A model generated the notes under the pieces. The model was not told where the DNA came from. It saw nothing but the letters and a program-made list of their open reading frames with translations, and searched no databases. Shown here one piece after another: positions 18,703 through 28,425 of a stretch of DNA of 64,000 nucleotides. Numbering within the stretch: the first letter of the stretch is position 1; the number at the start of each line of letters is the position of its first letter. The translations under genes and the position numbers were made by a program. The DNA comes from Patescibacteria group bacterium (GTDB taxonomy: Bacteria; Patescibacteriota; Patescibacteriia; XYB2-FULL-38-15): assembly GCA_041653675.1 (NCBI GenBank), contig JBAZEY010000006.1, positions 837 to 64,836 on the forward strand, written 5' to 3'.

Positions 18703-19983
18703 TTATTCTTTTTTAAGAGCGACAATTGGTTCAAGGCGCGCCGCGGCGCGGGCTGGGTAAATTCCGGAAATCAAACCAACCAAAACGGAAATGCCGACCG
18801 CGAGCAAAATATATTGTGGTGAAAGATGAAATTTCCAGGCGAAACCTAAAGAATTCGCGACGACACCCACTAAAAAAGAAATGATCGTGCCCAAAATAGT
18901 TCCGGCTAAACCGCCCAAAAAAGTTATCCCGACGGCCTCCATCAAAAATTGATTTAAAATATCATTGCGCTTCGCGCCGATGGCTTTACGCAACCCAATT
19001 TCAAAAGTCCGCTCGGCCACGGCCACGTACATTACATTCATAATTCCTACGCCGCCGACTACAAGTGAAATACTGGCCAAGGCAAAAAGTAAAATTTTAA
19101 TCGCGCCAGTGACCGTACCAAGCAAGGCCAATCCTTCCGCAGCAGACATCACGGCAAAATCGTCTTTCGTGGGATCATCTATATCATGCAATTCGCGCAT
19201 CCGCACGGTAACATCGTCGACGGTCACATCGGTGAGAGCAGTATCCTTAATTTGAATAAAAATAAATTGGATATAATCTACGCCCAAAATTAATTTCTGC
19301 ATCGTACGCAAGGGCATGATGGCAATGTCATCAAAAGAAAAAACTCCGGCGCTCCCCCGCTCTTTCATTACGCCAACAACTCGATAACTTTGTTTTCCAA
19401 TTTTTATTTTTTTCCCAATGGCATCTTCGTCACCAAATAATCGATTTTTTAAATTACTGCCTAAAACCACAATTCGCGCTAAACTTTTATCTTCCGCGTC
19501 GGTGAAAAAACGGCCGTCCTCCACTTCCCCTGAATCTATCTCGTCGAATGACGACGTAACGCCAAAAATCAAAGTCACTTTATTTTCTTCTTTATAAGAA
19601 AAAACCGCCTGGCCAGTTTGGCCGGAATAAACATCACTGACATTAGCAATTTTTCTCAATTCATCCGCGTCTTTTTCTTTTAAGGTAGTAATCGTAACGC
19701 CCTGAGCCATACTCGCCGCGTTTTCGCTTGAAACATGCTCCGTTGAAGGAACCTTCACTTCAACTTCAATATAGTCTGTTCCAAACATTGTCACCTGGCC
19801 GACGATAAAATCTTCAATGGCTCGTCCAGCTGAAAGTACAACAATCACGGCGGTAATCCCGACTGTAATACCCAAAACCGTTAAAATAGTTCTGAGCTTA
19901 TGCCGTATAAGCGCGTCAAGGGCAATATTGATTGGTGTTTTTAAAAAAGATAAATTCATTTTACTCGTAGCGCAAGGCTTCAA
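18703..19983 (-). CDS. ABC transporter permease, MacB/FtsX family
   Basis: MacB-like periplasmic core domain and C-terminal FtsX 4-TM domain. Confidence 0.8.
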   Translation of the reverse strand: MKPCATSKMNLSFLKTPINIALDALIRHKLRTILTVLGITVGITAVIVVLSAGRAIEDFIVGQVTMFGTDYIEVEVKVPSTEHVSSENAASMAQGVTITTLKEKDADELRKIANVSDVYSGQTGQAVFSYKEENKVTLIFGVTSSFDEIDSGEVEDGRFFTDAEDKSLARIVVLGSNLKNRLFGDEDAIGKKIKIGKQSYRVVGVMKERGSAGVFSFDDIAIMPLRTMQKLILGVDYIQFIFIQIKDTALTDVTVDDVTVRMRELHDIDDPTKDDFAVMSAAEGLALLGTVTGAIKILLFALASISLVVGGVGIMNVMYVAVAERTFEIGLRKAIGAKRNDILNQFLMEAVGITFLGGLAGTILGTIISFLVGVVANSLGFAWKFHLSPQYILLAVGISVLVGLISGIYPARAAARLEPIVALKKE

Positions 19984-21202
19984 TCGGATTTAATTTCGCT
20001 GCCCGTCGCGCCGGATAAATTCCAAAAACTAATCCTATCAAAATGGATATTGAGCAGGAGAGTAAAATCGCTTTATAAGAAATTATTAAATCCCATTCAA
20101 ACCCGAGCTGCCGCGCCACAAGAGCCACGAGAAGCGAAATCAAAATACCAAAAATAACACCGACAACTCCTCCTGACAAAGTTACAACAATCGCTTCCGC
20201 CAGAAATTGGCTTAAAATATTTTTATTTTTAGCACCCAAAGCTTTCCGGAGGCCCACCTCCCGCGTCCGCTCTACTACGGCGATTAACATTATATTCATA
20301 ATCCCAATGCCGCCGACTAAAAGAGAAATCGCGGCAATTGCCGCCAAAAAATAAGTTAGAGAATCAGTAATCGCCGAAAAAATTTCAATGGCTTGCGTTT
20401 GCGGGCGAAGACTGAAATCGTCGGGCTCATTTTTATCAAGATTATGGCGATCTCGAAGAAGCACCCTGATGTCGGCGACGGCCCGATCCGTATTTTCTTC
20501 AGAATTTATCTGTACTCTGGCCAAAGAAACATAGTTAACGCCAAGCATTATTTTTTGCGCGGTGGAAATTGGAATAAAAGAGAGCGCGTCCTGATTTTCA
20601 AACATTTGCGTGCCCTGTTTTGCCGCGACGCCAATAACTTTAAATTCTTCTTTTTTTATTTTAATATTTTTCCCGATAGGGTCCGTATCCCCAAAAAGTT
20701 CTTCGGCAACATCTGATCCTAATACAACCACGCGGGCTAAATCTTTTTCTTCGTCTTCATTTAAAAATCTTCCCCTTGCTATCTCCGTATTATGAACTTT
20801 CACATAACTTGTCGTTGTGCCAACAAACGTTCCGTCGTATTTTCTTTCTCGCCACTGAAAAGTCCCCACTCCACGATTGTAATAAGTCACGGCTGTAGCA
20901 TTCGGAACATTATTATTTTTCATTATCGCGTCCAGGTCGGCATTTTTTAAAGTAGTGTTAACGATCCCTAATGCCGACGGCGGCGGACCTTCTTCTTCTG
21001 AAGCGCCGGGAAAAATTCCAATTAAATTTGATCCCATCCCTTTGACCTGATTCAAAATCAAACTCTGCGCGCCGCCACCCACGGAAATAATAATAATAAC
21101 CGAAGAGATGCCAATAATTATCCCGAGCATTGTCATAAATGTTCGGGATTTTTTTGTTTTAAGTCCAATGTAAGCGATACGAACTATCGACTGTAAATCC
21201 AT
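19961..21202 (-). CDS. ABC transporter permease, MacB/FtsX family (paralogue)
   Basis: Same architecture as the upstream permease, and the two genes overlap. Confidence 0.8.
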   Translation of the reverse strand: MDLQSIVRIAYIGLKTKKSRTFMTMLGIIIGISSVIIIISVGGGAQSLILNQVKGMGSNLIGIFPGASEEEGPPPSALGIVNTTLKNADLDAIMKNNNVPNATAVTYYNRGVGTFQWRERKYDGTFVGTTTSYVKVHNTEIARGRFLNEDEEKDLARVVVLGSDVAEELFGDTDPIGKNIKIKKEEFKVIGVAAKQGTQMFENQDALSFIPISTAQKIMLGVNYVSLARVQINSEENTDRAVADIRVLLRDRHNLDKNEPDDFSLRPQTQAIEIFSAITDSLTYFLAAIAAISLLVGGIGIMNIMLIAVVERTREVGLRKALGAKNKNILSQFLAEAIVVTLSGGVVGVIFGILISLLVALVARQLGFEWDLIISYKAILLSCSISILIGLVFGIYPARRAAKLNPIEALRYE

Positions 21203-21206
21203 AACA

Positions 21207-21938
21207 CTATTTTATTAAATCTTCAGCGTCTTTCGCAAAGAGCCGCTGTTTGACTTCCATGTCTTCCTGAACGGTCCCGTCCATAATTTTTATAATGCGG
21301 CGGGCATGCTCAGCCGTATATTTTTCATGAGTAACTAAAATAATCGTTTTACCTTTTTCATTCAAATCTTGTAAAATTTCCATAACTAATTTTCCACTTT
21401 TAGAATCAAGATTTCCAGTCGGCTCATCAGCAAAAATTAATTCCGGCTCAGTCACAAGTGCCCGGGCGATGGCTACTCTCTGTTTTTCACCTCCGGATAA
21501 TTGATTGGAAAGATTATCCATGCGATGATATAGCCCGACCGCTTTAATCGCTTCTATGATAGCCTTTTTATGGTCTTTAATTCTTTTTTTCTCATCGTAG
21601 AGAAGCGGGAGGCGGACATTATCATAAACTGAAGTTTTGGGTAAAAGATTAAAAGACTGAAAAATAAATCCAATTTTTTCATTTCTAATTACGGCCAGTT
21701 CGTCATCAGTGAACTTGCTCCCGTCAAGGTCCTCAAAAAAATATTGCCCGCAGGTTTGCCGTTCCAGAAAACCTAAAATCTGCATCAAGGTTGATTTTCC
21801 TGAACCAGACGGACCCATAATCGCGACAAACTCCCCCTTGCCAATTTCTAAATCAACCTCATGCAAAACTTTGGTAATAACACCGTCGTTATTGTACTCC
21901 TTGCAAAGATGAATTGTTTTTATAAGTGGTTCTGCCAT
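21207..21938 (-). CDS. ABC transporter ATP-binding protein (MacB/LolD-like)
   Basis: Walker A GPSGSGKST, ABC signature LSGGEKQR and Walker B ELIFADEPT. Confidence 0.9.
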   Translation of the reverse strand: MAEPLIKTIHLCKEYNNDGVITKVLHEVDLEIGKGEFVAIMGPSGSGKSTLMQILGFLERQTCGQYFFEDLDGSKFTDDELAVIRNEKIGFIFQSFNLLPKTSVYDNVRLPLLYDEKKRIKDHKKAIIEAIKAVGLYHRMDNLSNQLSGGEKQRVAIARALVTEPELIFADEPTGNLDSKSGKLVMEILQDLNEKGKTIILVTHEKYTAEHARRIIKIMDGTVQEDMEVKQRLFAKDAEDLIK

Positions 21939-21941
21939 AGG

Positions 21942-23810
21942 TTACGGTTTTTTTGTAAGTATAATTACTTTATCTCCGACAGAAAGGCCGGAAATAACCT
22001 CAATCTCGCCCTCATCGCCTCGCAAACCAACCTCCACGTCTTTTTCCACTGGTTTTTCATCAATTAAAATTTTTACAAATTCTCTGCCGTCTTCATCTTC
22101 CTCAAGCGCCCTATAGGGCATAGTCAAAACATTTTCACGGCTTGCCGCAAGAATATCACAATTCGCCGTCATGCCAGACTTCGCTTCATAAGTTGATTCA
22201 TCCATTTCCACCTTAACTTTATAATACACAACATCTTGAATAACTGATTCTGCCGGATAAATAAGAATTACTTTACCGTTAAACTTCACATTATCGGGGT
22301 ACGCGTCAAGGGTTATGGAAACGGGATTTCCAAACTTAACTTTAGCAATATCGGATTCCGGGATATCCACTTCAACGTAAAATTTATTTTTTCCAAGCAT
22401 AGAGATAACTGCCTTAGTTAAACTCGTCTGCTCGCCCGCGCTATAATTCACAAAAGTTATTTTTCCGTCGGTCGGAGCCTTTAAAATATAATCATCGAGT
22501 TGGCTTTTGTAATATTGCAGCGATGCGCTCGCTTGGGCGACCTGGGCGCGATAGTAAGATACATCAACCGTGCGCGGCGCAGCGGTCTTATAATCAAGTT
22601 GAGCTTTAGTTAAATTGTAAGAACCCAGGGCGCTATCCACGCTGGCTTTGGAACTCGCGAGCTGAACATCTTTGCTCGCCATAGCCGTGGTGAGATCAGT
22701 GCGGGCCGCGAGCAAACTACTGCTTGCCGTGTTGACGGCGGCCTGGTAAGTATCAATCTGCGTCTGATAATTATTTTGCGCGTTCAAAAGCGCTTGCTGG
22801 GCAGTTTGCACCGCAGACAGGGCCGTAGAGGTTGAAGTTTGGTCTGTCTTAACGCTCGTTTTCAAAGTTTCAATGGTGGTTAATTCGTCGAAACTACCGG
22901 CCGCAGATGTGGAAATCGCCGCCAAGAGATTAGAGAGAGATGTTAAAATTTTATTTAAAGCCAAAACCGTTTGGTTCAAAGCGGAGTAAACATCATTTAC
23001 ATCATTAGTCGTTTTTGCAACAGATAAAGCAGCTTTAGCGGACGCGGACGCGCTAATAGCCGCGAGTCGATCGTTATCGGCTTGATAAACTTTTTGCTGG
23101 TCGGACGTAATACCGCTTCTTATAATGGATAAATTATAATTAATATTATTTAAAACTATGTCGCCCGAAAGCAAATTCGTTTCCATTGAAGTAAGGGTAG
23201 TACTCTTGGCACTCGTGACACTTTGGCTGTAATACACTTTCGCATTTTCCAAATTTTTCTGGCTGTCGGTAAGCGAAGTTTCCGCCGAAGTTATCGCCTC
23301 TTCATAACCATCGATATCCCTTTCCAGTTTAGCCGCGAGCGCGTCGTAATCACGTTTTGCGCTTTCATAAGCCGTCTTTGCATTATTAACCGTCTCTTCG
23401 GATATTTTTACGTCTTCAGAACTTGCTCCGGCCAAAATTTTATTTAAATTAGAAACTGCTGAAGACAAACTAGCCTGAGCCTGCGCCACTTGTGCTCGAG
23501 CGGATCTATCGTCAAGGCGGGCTAAAATTTGGCCAGTTTTTACCTCATCGTCTTCGCTCACGGAAATTTCAGTCAATGTTCCCGCCATCTTAAAACTCAA
23601 ATCAATTTTTTCAGAAGTTGTAACCGCGCCAGTAGCCGAAACCGTCTGGCTAATATTGCCGATTTTAACCTCCTCGGTAACATACTCGATTTTGTTAGCC
23701 TTAATCGCGGCATTAACAAAATATGCGCCGCCGAGAACGACTATGACTAGAATTATCCAGAAAATCTTTTTTTTGATTAGAGACTGTAAAAAACTTAATA
23801 CCCCACCCAT
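21942..23810 (-). CDS. HlyD/MacA-family membrane fusion (periplasmic adaptor) protein with a long coiled coil
   Basis: N-terminal TM, lipoyl-like segments (GTLTEISVSEDDEVKTGQILARLD) and a ~300-aa coiled coil. Confidence 0.7.
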   Translation of the reverse strand: MGGVLSFLQSLIKKKIFWIILVIVVLGGAYFVNAAIKANKIEYVTEEVKIGNISQTVSATGAVTTSEKIDLSFKMAGTLTEISVSEDDEVKTGQILARLDDRSARAQVAQAQASLSSAVSNLNKILAGASSEDVKISEETVNNAKTAYESAKRDYDALAAKLERDIDGYEEAITSAETSLTDSQKNLENAKVYYSQSVTSAKSTTLTSMETNLLSGDIVLNNINYNLSIIRSGITSDQQKVYQADNDRLAAISASASAKAALSVAKTTNDVNDVYSALNQTVLALNKILTSLSNLLAAISTSAAGSFDELTTIETLKTSVKTDQTSTSTALSAVQTAQQALLNAQNNYQTQIDTYQAAVNTASSSLLAARTDLTTAMASKDVQLASSKASVDSALGSYNLTKAQLDYKTAAPRTVDVSYYRAQVAQASASLQYYKSQLDDYILKAPTDGKITFVNYSAGEQTSLTKAVISMLGKNKFYVEVDIPESDIAKVKFGNPVSITLDAYPDNVKFNGKVILIYPAESVIQDVVYYKVKVEMDESTYEAKSGMTANCDILAASRENVLTMPYRALEEDEDGREFVKILIDEKPVEKDVEVGLRGDEGEIEVISGLSVGDKVIILTKKP

Positions 23811-23850
23811 ATGATTTATAAATAGTTAATGATTATATTATTATATCATT

Positions 23851-24090
23851 TTATGGCTTTTTGTACTTATTTATTTTTTTTAAAACGCCTGTCATCTCTT
23901 TAATGAGAGAATTAAATTTTTCCGGCTTGATCATGGCAATGATTTCGTCATCATGGGCGAAAATAAAAAACTTTTCTCCCGAATGGATCTTCATAACCGC
24001 CCTGACCTCTTTCGGGATAACTATCTGTCCTCGCTCACCGATTGTAGTTACTCCGTAAAATTTAAAATCGTCTGGTGAAAAATGCGACAT
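23851..24090 (-). CDS. AbrB/MazE/SpoVT-family DNA-binding protein
   Basis: TTIGERGQIVIPKEVR matches the looped-hinge helix (swapped-hairpin) motif. Confidence 0.65.
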   Translation of the reverse strand: MSHFSPDDFKFYGVTTIGERGQIVIPKEVRAVMKIHSGEKFFIFAHDDEIIAMIKPEKFNSLIKEMTGVLKKINKYKKP

Positions 24091-24195
24091 ATAATTTTGG
24101 TTAAATTTGAAAAGTATGATTTATCATATTTTTCATAATATCAAAAAAACCGTACCTTGTCAATACGGTTTCTGTGGATAATTTTTTCTAGAAAA

Positions 24196-24426
24196 CTACT
24201 TTTTTTCAACTACTAATGTGCATTTCGTCAGTATGCCGGCAATAGCTCCAACCGCGGCTAAAACTGGAAGAAGTACCGCGCCAACCACGACAAAAGTTAG
24301 GGGGATTTCCATTATACTTTCCTCTTTTTCGTTTTTAATAATAATTTTCCGAGCATTCCCCTCTTTAATTACCTCTTTTACTTTTTTCAAAATTTCTTCG
24401 CCGGAAACTTTAAATTCTTCAGTCAT
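24196..24426 (-). CDS. DUF4342-like small protein with a C-terminal TM helix
   Basis: Soluble acidic N-terminus, then a single Gly/Ala-rich TM. This resembles DUF4342. Confidence 0.45.
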   Translation of the reverse strand: MTEEFKVSGEEILKKVKEVIKEGNARKIIIKNEKEESIMEIPLTFVVVGAVLLPVLAAVGAIAGILTKCTLVVEKK

Positions 24427-24440
24427 ATAAAATAGTTAAA

Positions 24441-24719
24441 TTATTTATTTTTTTTAATCTTTATGTCAAATTTAATGGTGATTATTGTCCCCACAAAAGC
24501 TCCGAACGCCGCCGGAATCAAATACCACATATTGTTAACATAAGCTAAAACAACAAGACCGCCTATGACAACAATCGAGGCGGAAAAAGCCGCGGCGGCA
24601 ACAGCCTTGCCTTCGCTTGTCCGGCGGATATAAAAAACCCATAAAATGTCGGAAGCGGCTGTCGCAAGAAAAATAAGAACAGCTTCAACTGCGTTAATGT
24701 CCAATATAAGGTCAAACAT
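24441..24719 (-). CDS. hypothetical membrane protein
   Basis: 92 aa with 3 TM. Confidence 0.4.
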   Translation of the reverse strand: MFDLILDINAVEAVLIFLATAASDILWVFYIRRTSEGKAVAAAAFSASIVVIGGLVVLAYVNNMWYLIPAAFGAFVGTIITIKFDIKIKKNK

Positions 24720-24754
24720 TTTTTATTATTTAAAGTTTATCTTTAATCAAATCC

Positions 24755-25219
24755 TTAGTGAATATTTTCCAAATTGTTCTGGACTCTCTCCATTAAAAAT
24801 CTTGAAAAAGAAAAATAATCACTTATTTTATGGCTGGCCAAAAAATCAGACCAAGTGCTCTCCAGCATGATTTTATCTTGTTTATCGGTAATTTCCGCAA
24901 TCTTCGCGCTGATCGCTTCTGCTTCACTCGCGCTTATTGCTGCTATCTTCGAATCTCCGGCAACCAAAAAAGTTTCAGCCGAATTCTTGAGAATATCCAC
25001 GTTTACTTTTGCTTTATTCAAACCCTCGTCAACTAAACTGCGAAGTTGATCCAATTGTTCCCGATCTTTCCGTGCGTCGTCTTGCGCCCGCGCCAAATCA
25101 GCCCGCACCACAGAAATATTTTTTTCGTTTTCTCTGCCCTGCCAATAAAAATAACCTGCGGCGAAAATTGCTAAAGCCGCGACAATAATTGCGACTATCA
25201 AATAAATTTTTTTATTCAT
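24755..25219 (-). CDS. hypothetical membrane-anchored coiled-coil protein
   Basis: N-terminal TM followed by a charged helical region. Confidence 0.45.
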   Translation of the reverse strand: MNKKIYLIVAIIVAALAIFAAGYFYWQGRENEKNISVVRADLARAQDDARKDREQLDQLRSLVDEGLNKAKVNVDILKNSAETFLVAGDSKIAAISASEAEAISAKIAEITDKQDKIMLESTWSDFLASHKISDYFSFSRFLMERVQNNLENIH

Positions 25220-25308
25220 AAAAACAAGTTAAATTTTAACTTTATTATATCTTATCATAAATTAGCATAAATAAAAATAACGCCAAAATGGCGCGTAATT
25301 TAAACAAA

Positions 25309-25326
25309 CGGAGAGGGCGAGATTCG
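25309..25326 (-). repeat. degenerate copy of the tRNA-Ser 3' end
   Basis: cggagagggCgaGattcg compared with the tRNA's cggagagggAggGattcg (25427-25444), in the same orientation. Confidence 0.6.
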
Positions 25327-25426
25327 GGCTCCTCGGTGCAAAGTCGGCCGCAACGGGCTAGCGGTGTGAGTTCTCATCAAAACCCTCAATTTTTCAAATC
25401 TGCCACAAAAGGCAAATTTGAGAAAA

Positions 25427-25511
25427 CGGAGAGGGAGGGATTCGAACCCTCGATACCTTGCGGTATGCACGCTTTCCAAGCGTGTGCACTAGGCCACTAT
25501 GCGACCTCTCC
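25427..25511 (-). tRNA. tRNA-Ser (GGA)
   Basis: Class II tRNA with acceptor GGAGAGG/CCTCTCC and anticodon stem CACGC/GCGTG with loop TTGGAAA. The long variable arm is ATACC-GCAA-GGTAT and the T-arm is GAGGG-TTCGAAT-CCCTC. CCA is not encoded. Confidence 0.85.
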
Positions 25512-25550
25512 ATTTTTTAAATTCTATACTAAACTGATCTAAAAATCAAA

Positions 25551-25571
25551 CCCCGCCGGTAATGCGGCGGG
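25551..25571. terminator. bidirectional hairpin CCCCGCCGgtaatGCGGCGGG
   Basis: 8-bp GC stem between the tRNA-Ser 5' side and the dsbA-like gene end. Confidence 0.45.
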
Positions 25572-25597
25572 ATTTGTATTACTACTACGAAAGTCTA

Positions 25598-26344
25598 TTA
25601 TAATTTGCTGTCGATAATCTGTTTAAACTGATCGTAGGGAATTGCGCCACTCACCAATTCACCGTTTACGAAAGTCGCTGGTGTGCCTTCCACTCCAGCA
25701 GCGACCCCCGCCTCTTCTTCAGCGGCAATTTCGCTCGCGTATTTTCCGGAGTCAAGACATTCGTTAAATTTTTTCGTATTCAACCCAAGATTTTTTGCTT
25801 CTTCTTTCCATTTATCTACACCCATTGTCCCGGCCTCGTTAGCCGCAAAAATTTTGTCATACATTTCCCAAAACTTCCCTTGCTCAGCGGCGCACTCTGA
25901 AGCTTCTGCTGCTTTTTCCGCGTTTGCGTGGAAAGAAAGCGGATAATGTCGGAAAACTACCCGGACATCGTTTCCGTAATCATTTATAATTTTATCTATT
26001 GTAACTTTATGATTCAAGCAATAAGGGCACTCAAAATCAGAATATTCTATTAATGTCACTTTGGCATTTGCGGAACCAATGACATGGTCGTCAGAAGTTA
26101 CGGCCGGTACCGGAGTAAATGATGTTTCAGCTGGCTCATTCACAACCGCTTGATTAACATTTGCCGCGGCGTTTACGTTGCCGCTCTCTTTATTAGTCAA
26201 ACTTACTCCTTGGCCGGAAAAAGCCAAGATAAAAAAACCTACTAAAGCTAAAGTGCTTACCCCCGAAATTCCGCACATAAGCCCAAGAAAAAAAGAAGTG
26301 CGCCGGGTTCCCTTAACTAAGTCTGTATTAATTTGCTCATTCAT
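25598..26344 (-). CDS. DsbA-family thiol:disulfide oxidoreductase (membrane-anchored)
   Basis: N-terminal TM and a thioredoxin fold with CxxC (FECPYC). Confidence 0.75.
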   Translation of the reverse strand: MNEQINTDLVKGTRRTSFFLGLMCGISGVSTLALVGFFILAFSGQGVSLTNKESGNVNAAANVNQAVVNEPAETSFTPVPAVTSDDHVIGSANAKVTLIEYSDFECPYCLNHKVTIDKIINDYGNDVRVVFRHYPLSFHANAEKAAEASECAAEQGKFWEMYDKIFAANEAGTMGVDKWKEEAKNLGLNTKKFNECLDSGKYASEIAAEEEAGVAAGVEGTPATFVNGELVSGAIPYDQFKQIIDSKL

Positions 26345-26409
26345 AAATCTTAAATAAGTTAATGATTTAATATTTAGAAACTTTACTATAAATAATTTGT
26401 GATGTCAAG

Positions 26410-27174
26410 TTATGTTTTTTCGATAATTTTGGTCTTTAATTTTAAAAAAAGATAAATTCCCGCCGCCAATAAACCAACCGATAAATATTGTGCCAGCGTT
26501 AATCCGAAATATCTTGGATCCGCGCCAACTAAATCCTCTGCCCGCAAAAAATCCAGCAGAAATCGCGCCACGCCATATGAGGCGGCAAAAGTCGCGACGT
26601 AAAATCCGGAAAACCATTTTCGACGATGCAAAAATAAAAATACTAAAAAAATAACGAAGCCAAGAAGCGCATCATACAATCCCAAGTCGTGGCGAACTCC
26701 GCCGGGATAATTTACTCCCAAAAAAAAGTCTGTCTTCGCTCCGGGATGATCGTGGATAAAAAAACATCCGAGCCGACCGACAAAAAGTCCGAGTGGCAAA
26801 CCAAAAACTATCGCGTCGGCGTATTGCCAAAAATCAAGTTTATATTTTTTTAAATAAATAACGCTAGCCAAAATCGCGCCTAAAAATCCTCCGTAAATAG
26901 ACATTCCTCCCTGCCATAATTTTAAAATATCAAGTGGCGCGCCCAAATAAAAATTTAGATATTCTGCGATATAAAGCAAACGGCCGCCAATAAGCGCTGA
27001 TAAAATTATCCAAAAAGCCAAATCGTAAACGCGGCTAGTTTCCAGTTTGTTTTTTCTCAATTCAAAATAAGCGACAACCATTCCGACAATAAAGCTAAGA
27101 GAAACAAAAATTCCCCAAACATTCAATTTTAGGAAACCTGCATTTATTGATTGATATTCAAACCAGGGAATCAT
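26410..27174 (-). CDS. lgt: prolipoprotein diacylglyceryl transferase
   Basis: Lgt signature region (GGMSIYGG, HPGAKTD, 7 TM). Confidence 0.75.
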   Translation of the reverse strand: MIPWFEYQSINAGFLKLNVWGIFVSLSFIVGMVVAYFELRKNKLETSRVYDLAFWIILSALIGGRLLYIAEYLNFYLGAPLDILKLWQGGMSIYGGFLGAILASVIYLKKYKLDFWQYADAIVFGLPLGLFVGRLGCFFIHDHPGAKTDFFLGVNYPGGVRHDLGLYDALLGFVIFLVFLFLHRRKWFSGFYVATFAASYGVARFLLDFLRAEDLVGADPRYFGLTLAQYLSVGLLAAGIYLFLKLKTKIIEKT

Positions 27175-27182
27175 TTTTTAAT

Positions 27183-27860
27183 TTAAATTTTTCCCAGAAG
27201 CATCAGAACGCCAAGTACGAGCGATCCCAATCCAAGCACTAATCTCAGCCACTTTCTATTTTTTGTCCTCCATTCTTCCATCTGTTTCGCGGAAATCCCA
27301 AAATAAACTAAACCCAAAATAATAAAAAGCGGCAAGACAAAAATTAAATTGTAAAGCAGCAAATATGGCACGGCGGAAATTTGTGTTTCATGGCTCGCGA
27401 GTAATCCCAAAATTGCGATGTATACTCCCCCGGTGCAAGGGAGTTCAAAAGCGGAAACTAAAAAACCAAGCACGATAGCCGCGGGAATTGAGGCCTTGCG
27501 CACATATTTTTCAATCAATGGTTTTTTTGATTCGGGAATCGCCAGCGTAAAACCCTTGCCATACCAAAAAAAATCTTTAACATTCACGAGACCGACGAAA
27601 ATTAAAATTACGGCGGCAATTTTATAAATAATCCCCGCGACGCCAAACGTTGTCAGGATTTTTAATAATCCTAATCCCGCTAAAAAATAAACCACAAAAA
27701 CCGTGGCGATATAAACTAAACCAACCCGTAAAATTAATTTAGGCGAACCAATGGCCAAAAGATATCCGACTAAAAAAATCAGTACGGCAAAAGCGCAGGG
27801 ATTAATTGAATCAATCGCCGCTCCCCCGACCAATGCCGGAATGGTTAATGAATCAAACAT
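27183..27860 (-). CDS. ccdA: cytochrome c-type biogenesis/disulfide-reductant transporter CcdA (DsbD TM domain)
   Basis: Two conserved Cys, in NPCAFAVL and ELPCTGG, within 6 TM. Confidence 0.75.
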   Translation of the reverse strand: MFDSLTIPALVGGAAIDSINPCAFAVLIFLVGYLLAIGSPKLILRVGLVYIATVFVVYFLAGLGLLKILTTFGVAGIIYKIAAVILIFVGLVNVKDFFWYGKGFTLAIPESKKPLIEKYVRKASIPAAIVLGFLVSAFELPCTGGVYIAILGLLASHETQISAVPYLLLYNLIFVLPLFIILGLVYFGISAKQMEEWRTKNRKWLRLVLGLGSLVLGVLMLLGKI

Positions 27861-27861
27861 T

Positions 27862-28380
27862 TTATCTCCTTAAAAAATAAAAAATAATTAAACCAATGCC
27901 GATCGAGACAATGACTCCAATAATTACCCAGCCAACTATTTCATTTTGTCCCGCCCCTGAAGTTTCTGTCTGGTTGGTATTATTATTTATATCAGAAGTT
28001 TCCAATTTATAAAGCGGCGAAATACAAGTTTCCGCGGAACATTTTTCCACGGCATTTTTTAATTTTTCATAATTTTCCCCGACGATTGCTTCATCACCAA
28101 TAAAAATTGTTGGGACGCCGCTTGATCCGACTCCGTAGGCTTTAGCCATCTTTCCAAATAAATCCTGGTTTTCCTTGTTAAAATAAACTTCAAAATCGTG
28201 AACCGTAAGATTCGGATAATCAACTTTCATTCCTTCGAGAAAACTCTTCATTTTGGCGCAATGTTGACAGCCCTGTCCTTCAAAAAAATACAGCTCCACG
28301 GGATTTCCTGCCGCCAAACCAACTAGCGGAAAGAATAAAGCTAAAAGAAAAATAATTGAAATAATTTTTTTCATATTCAT
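27862..28380 (-). CDS. thioredoxin-fold protein with signal peptide and C-terminal TM anchor
   Basis: CxxC (GCQHC) and GVPTIF cis-Pro motifs. Confidence 0.55.
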   Translation of the reverse strand: MNMKKIISIIFLLALFFPLVGLAAGNPVELYFFEGQGCQHCAKMKSFLEGMKVDYPNLTVHDFEVYFNKENQDLFGKMAKAYGVGSSGVPTIFIGDEAIVGENYEKLKNAVEKCSAETCISPLYKLETSDINNNTNQTETSGAGQNEIVGWVIIGVIVSIGIGLIIFYFLRR

Positions 28381-28425
28381 TAATTTTACAACTAAAGGTC
28401 TCTCCGGTCAAACTGTTATCCCTCT

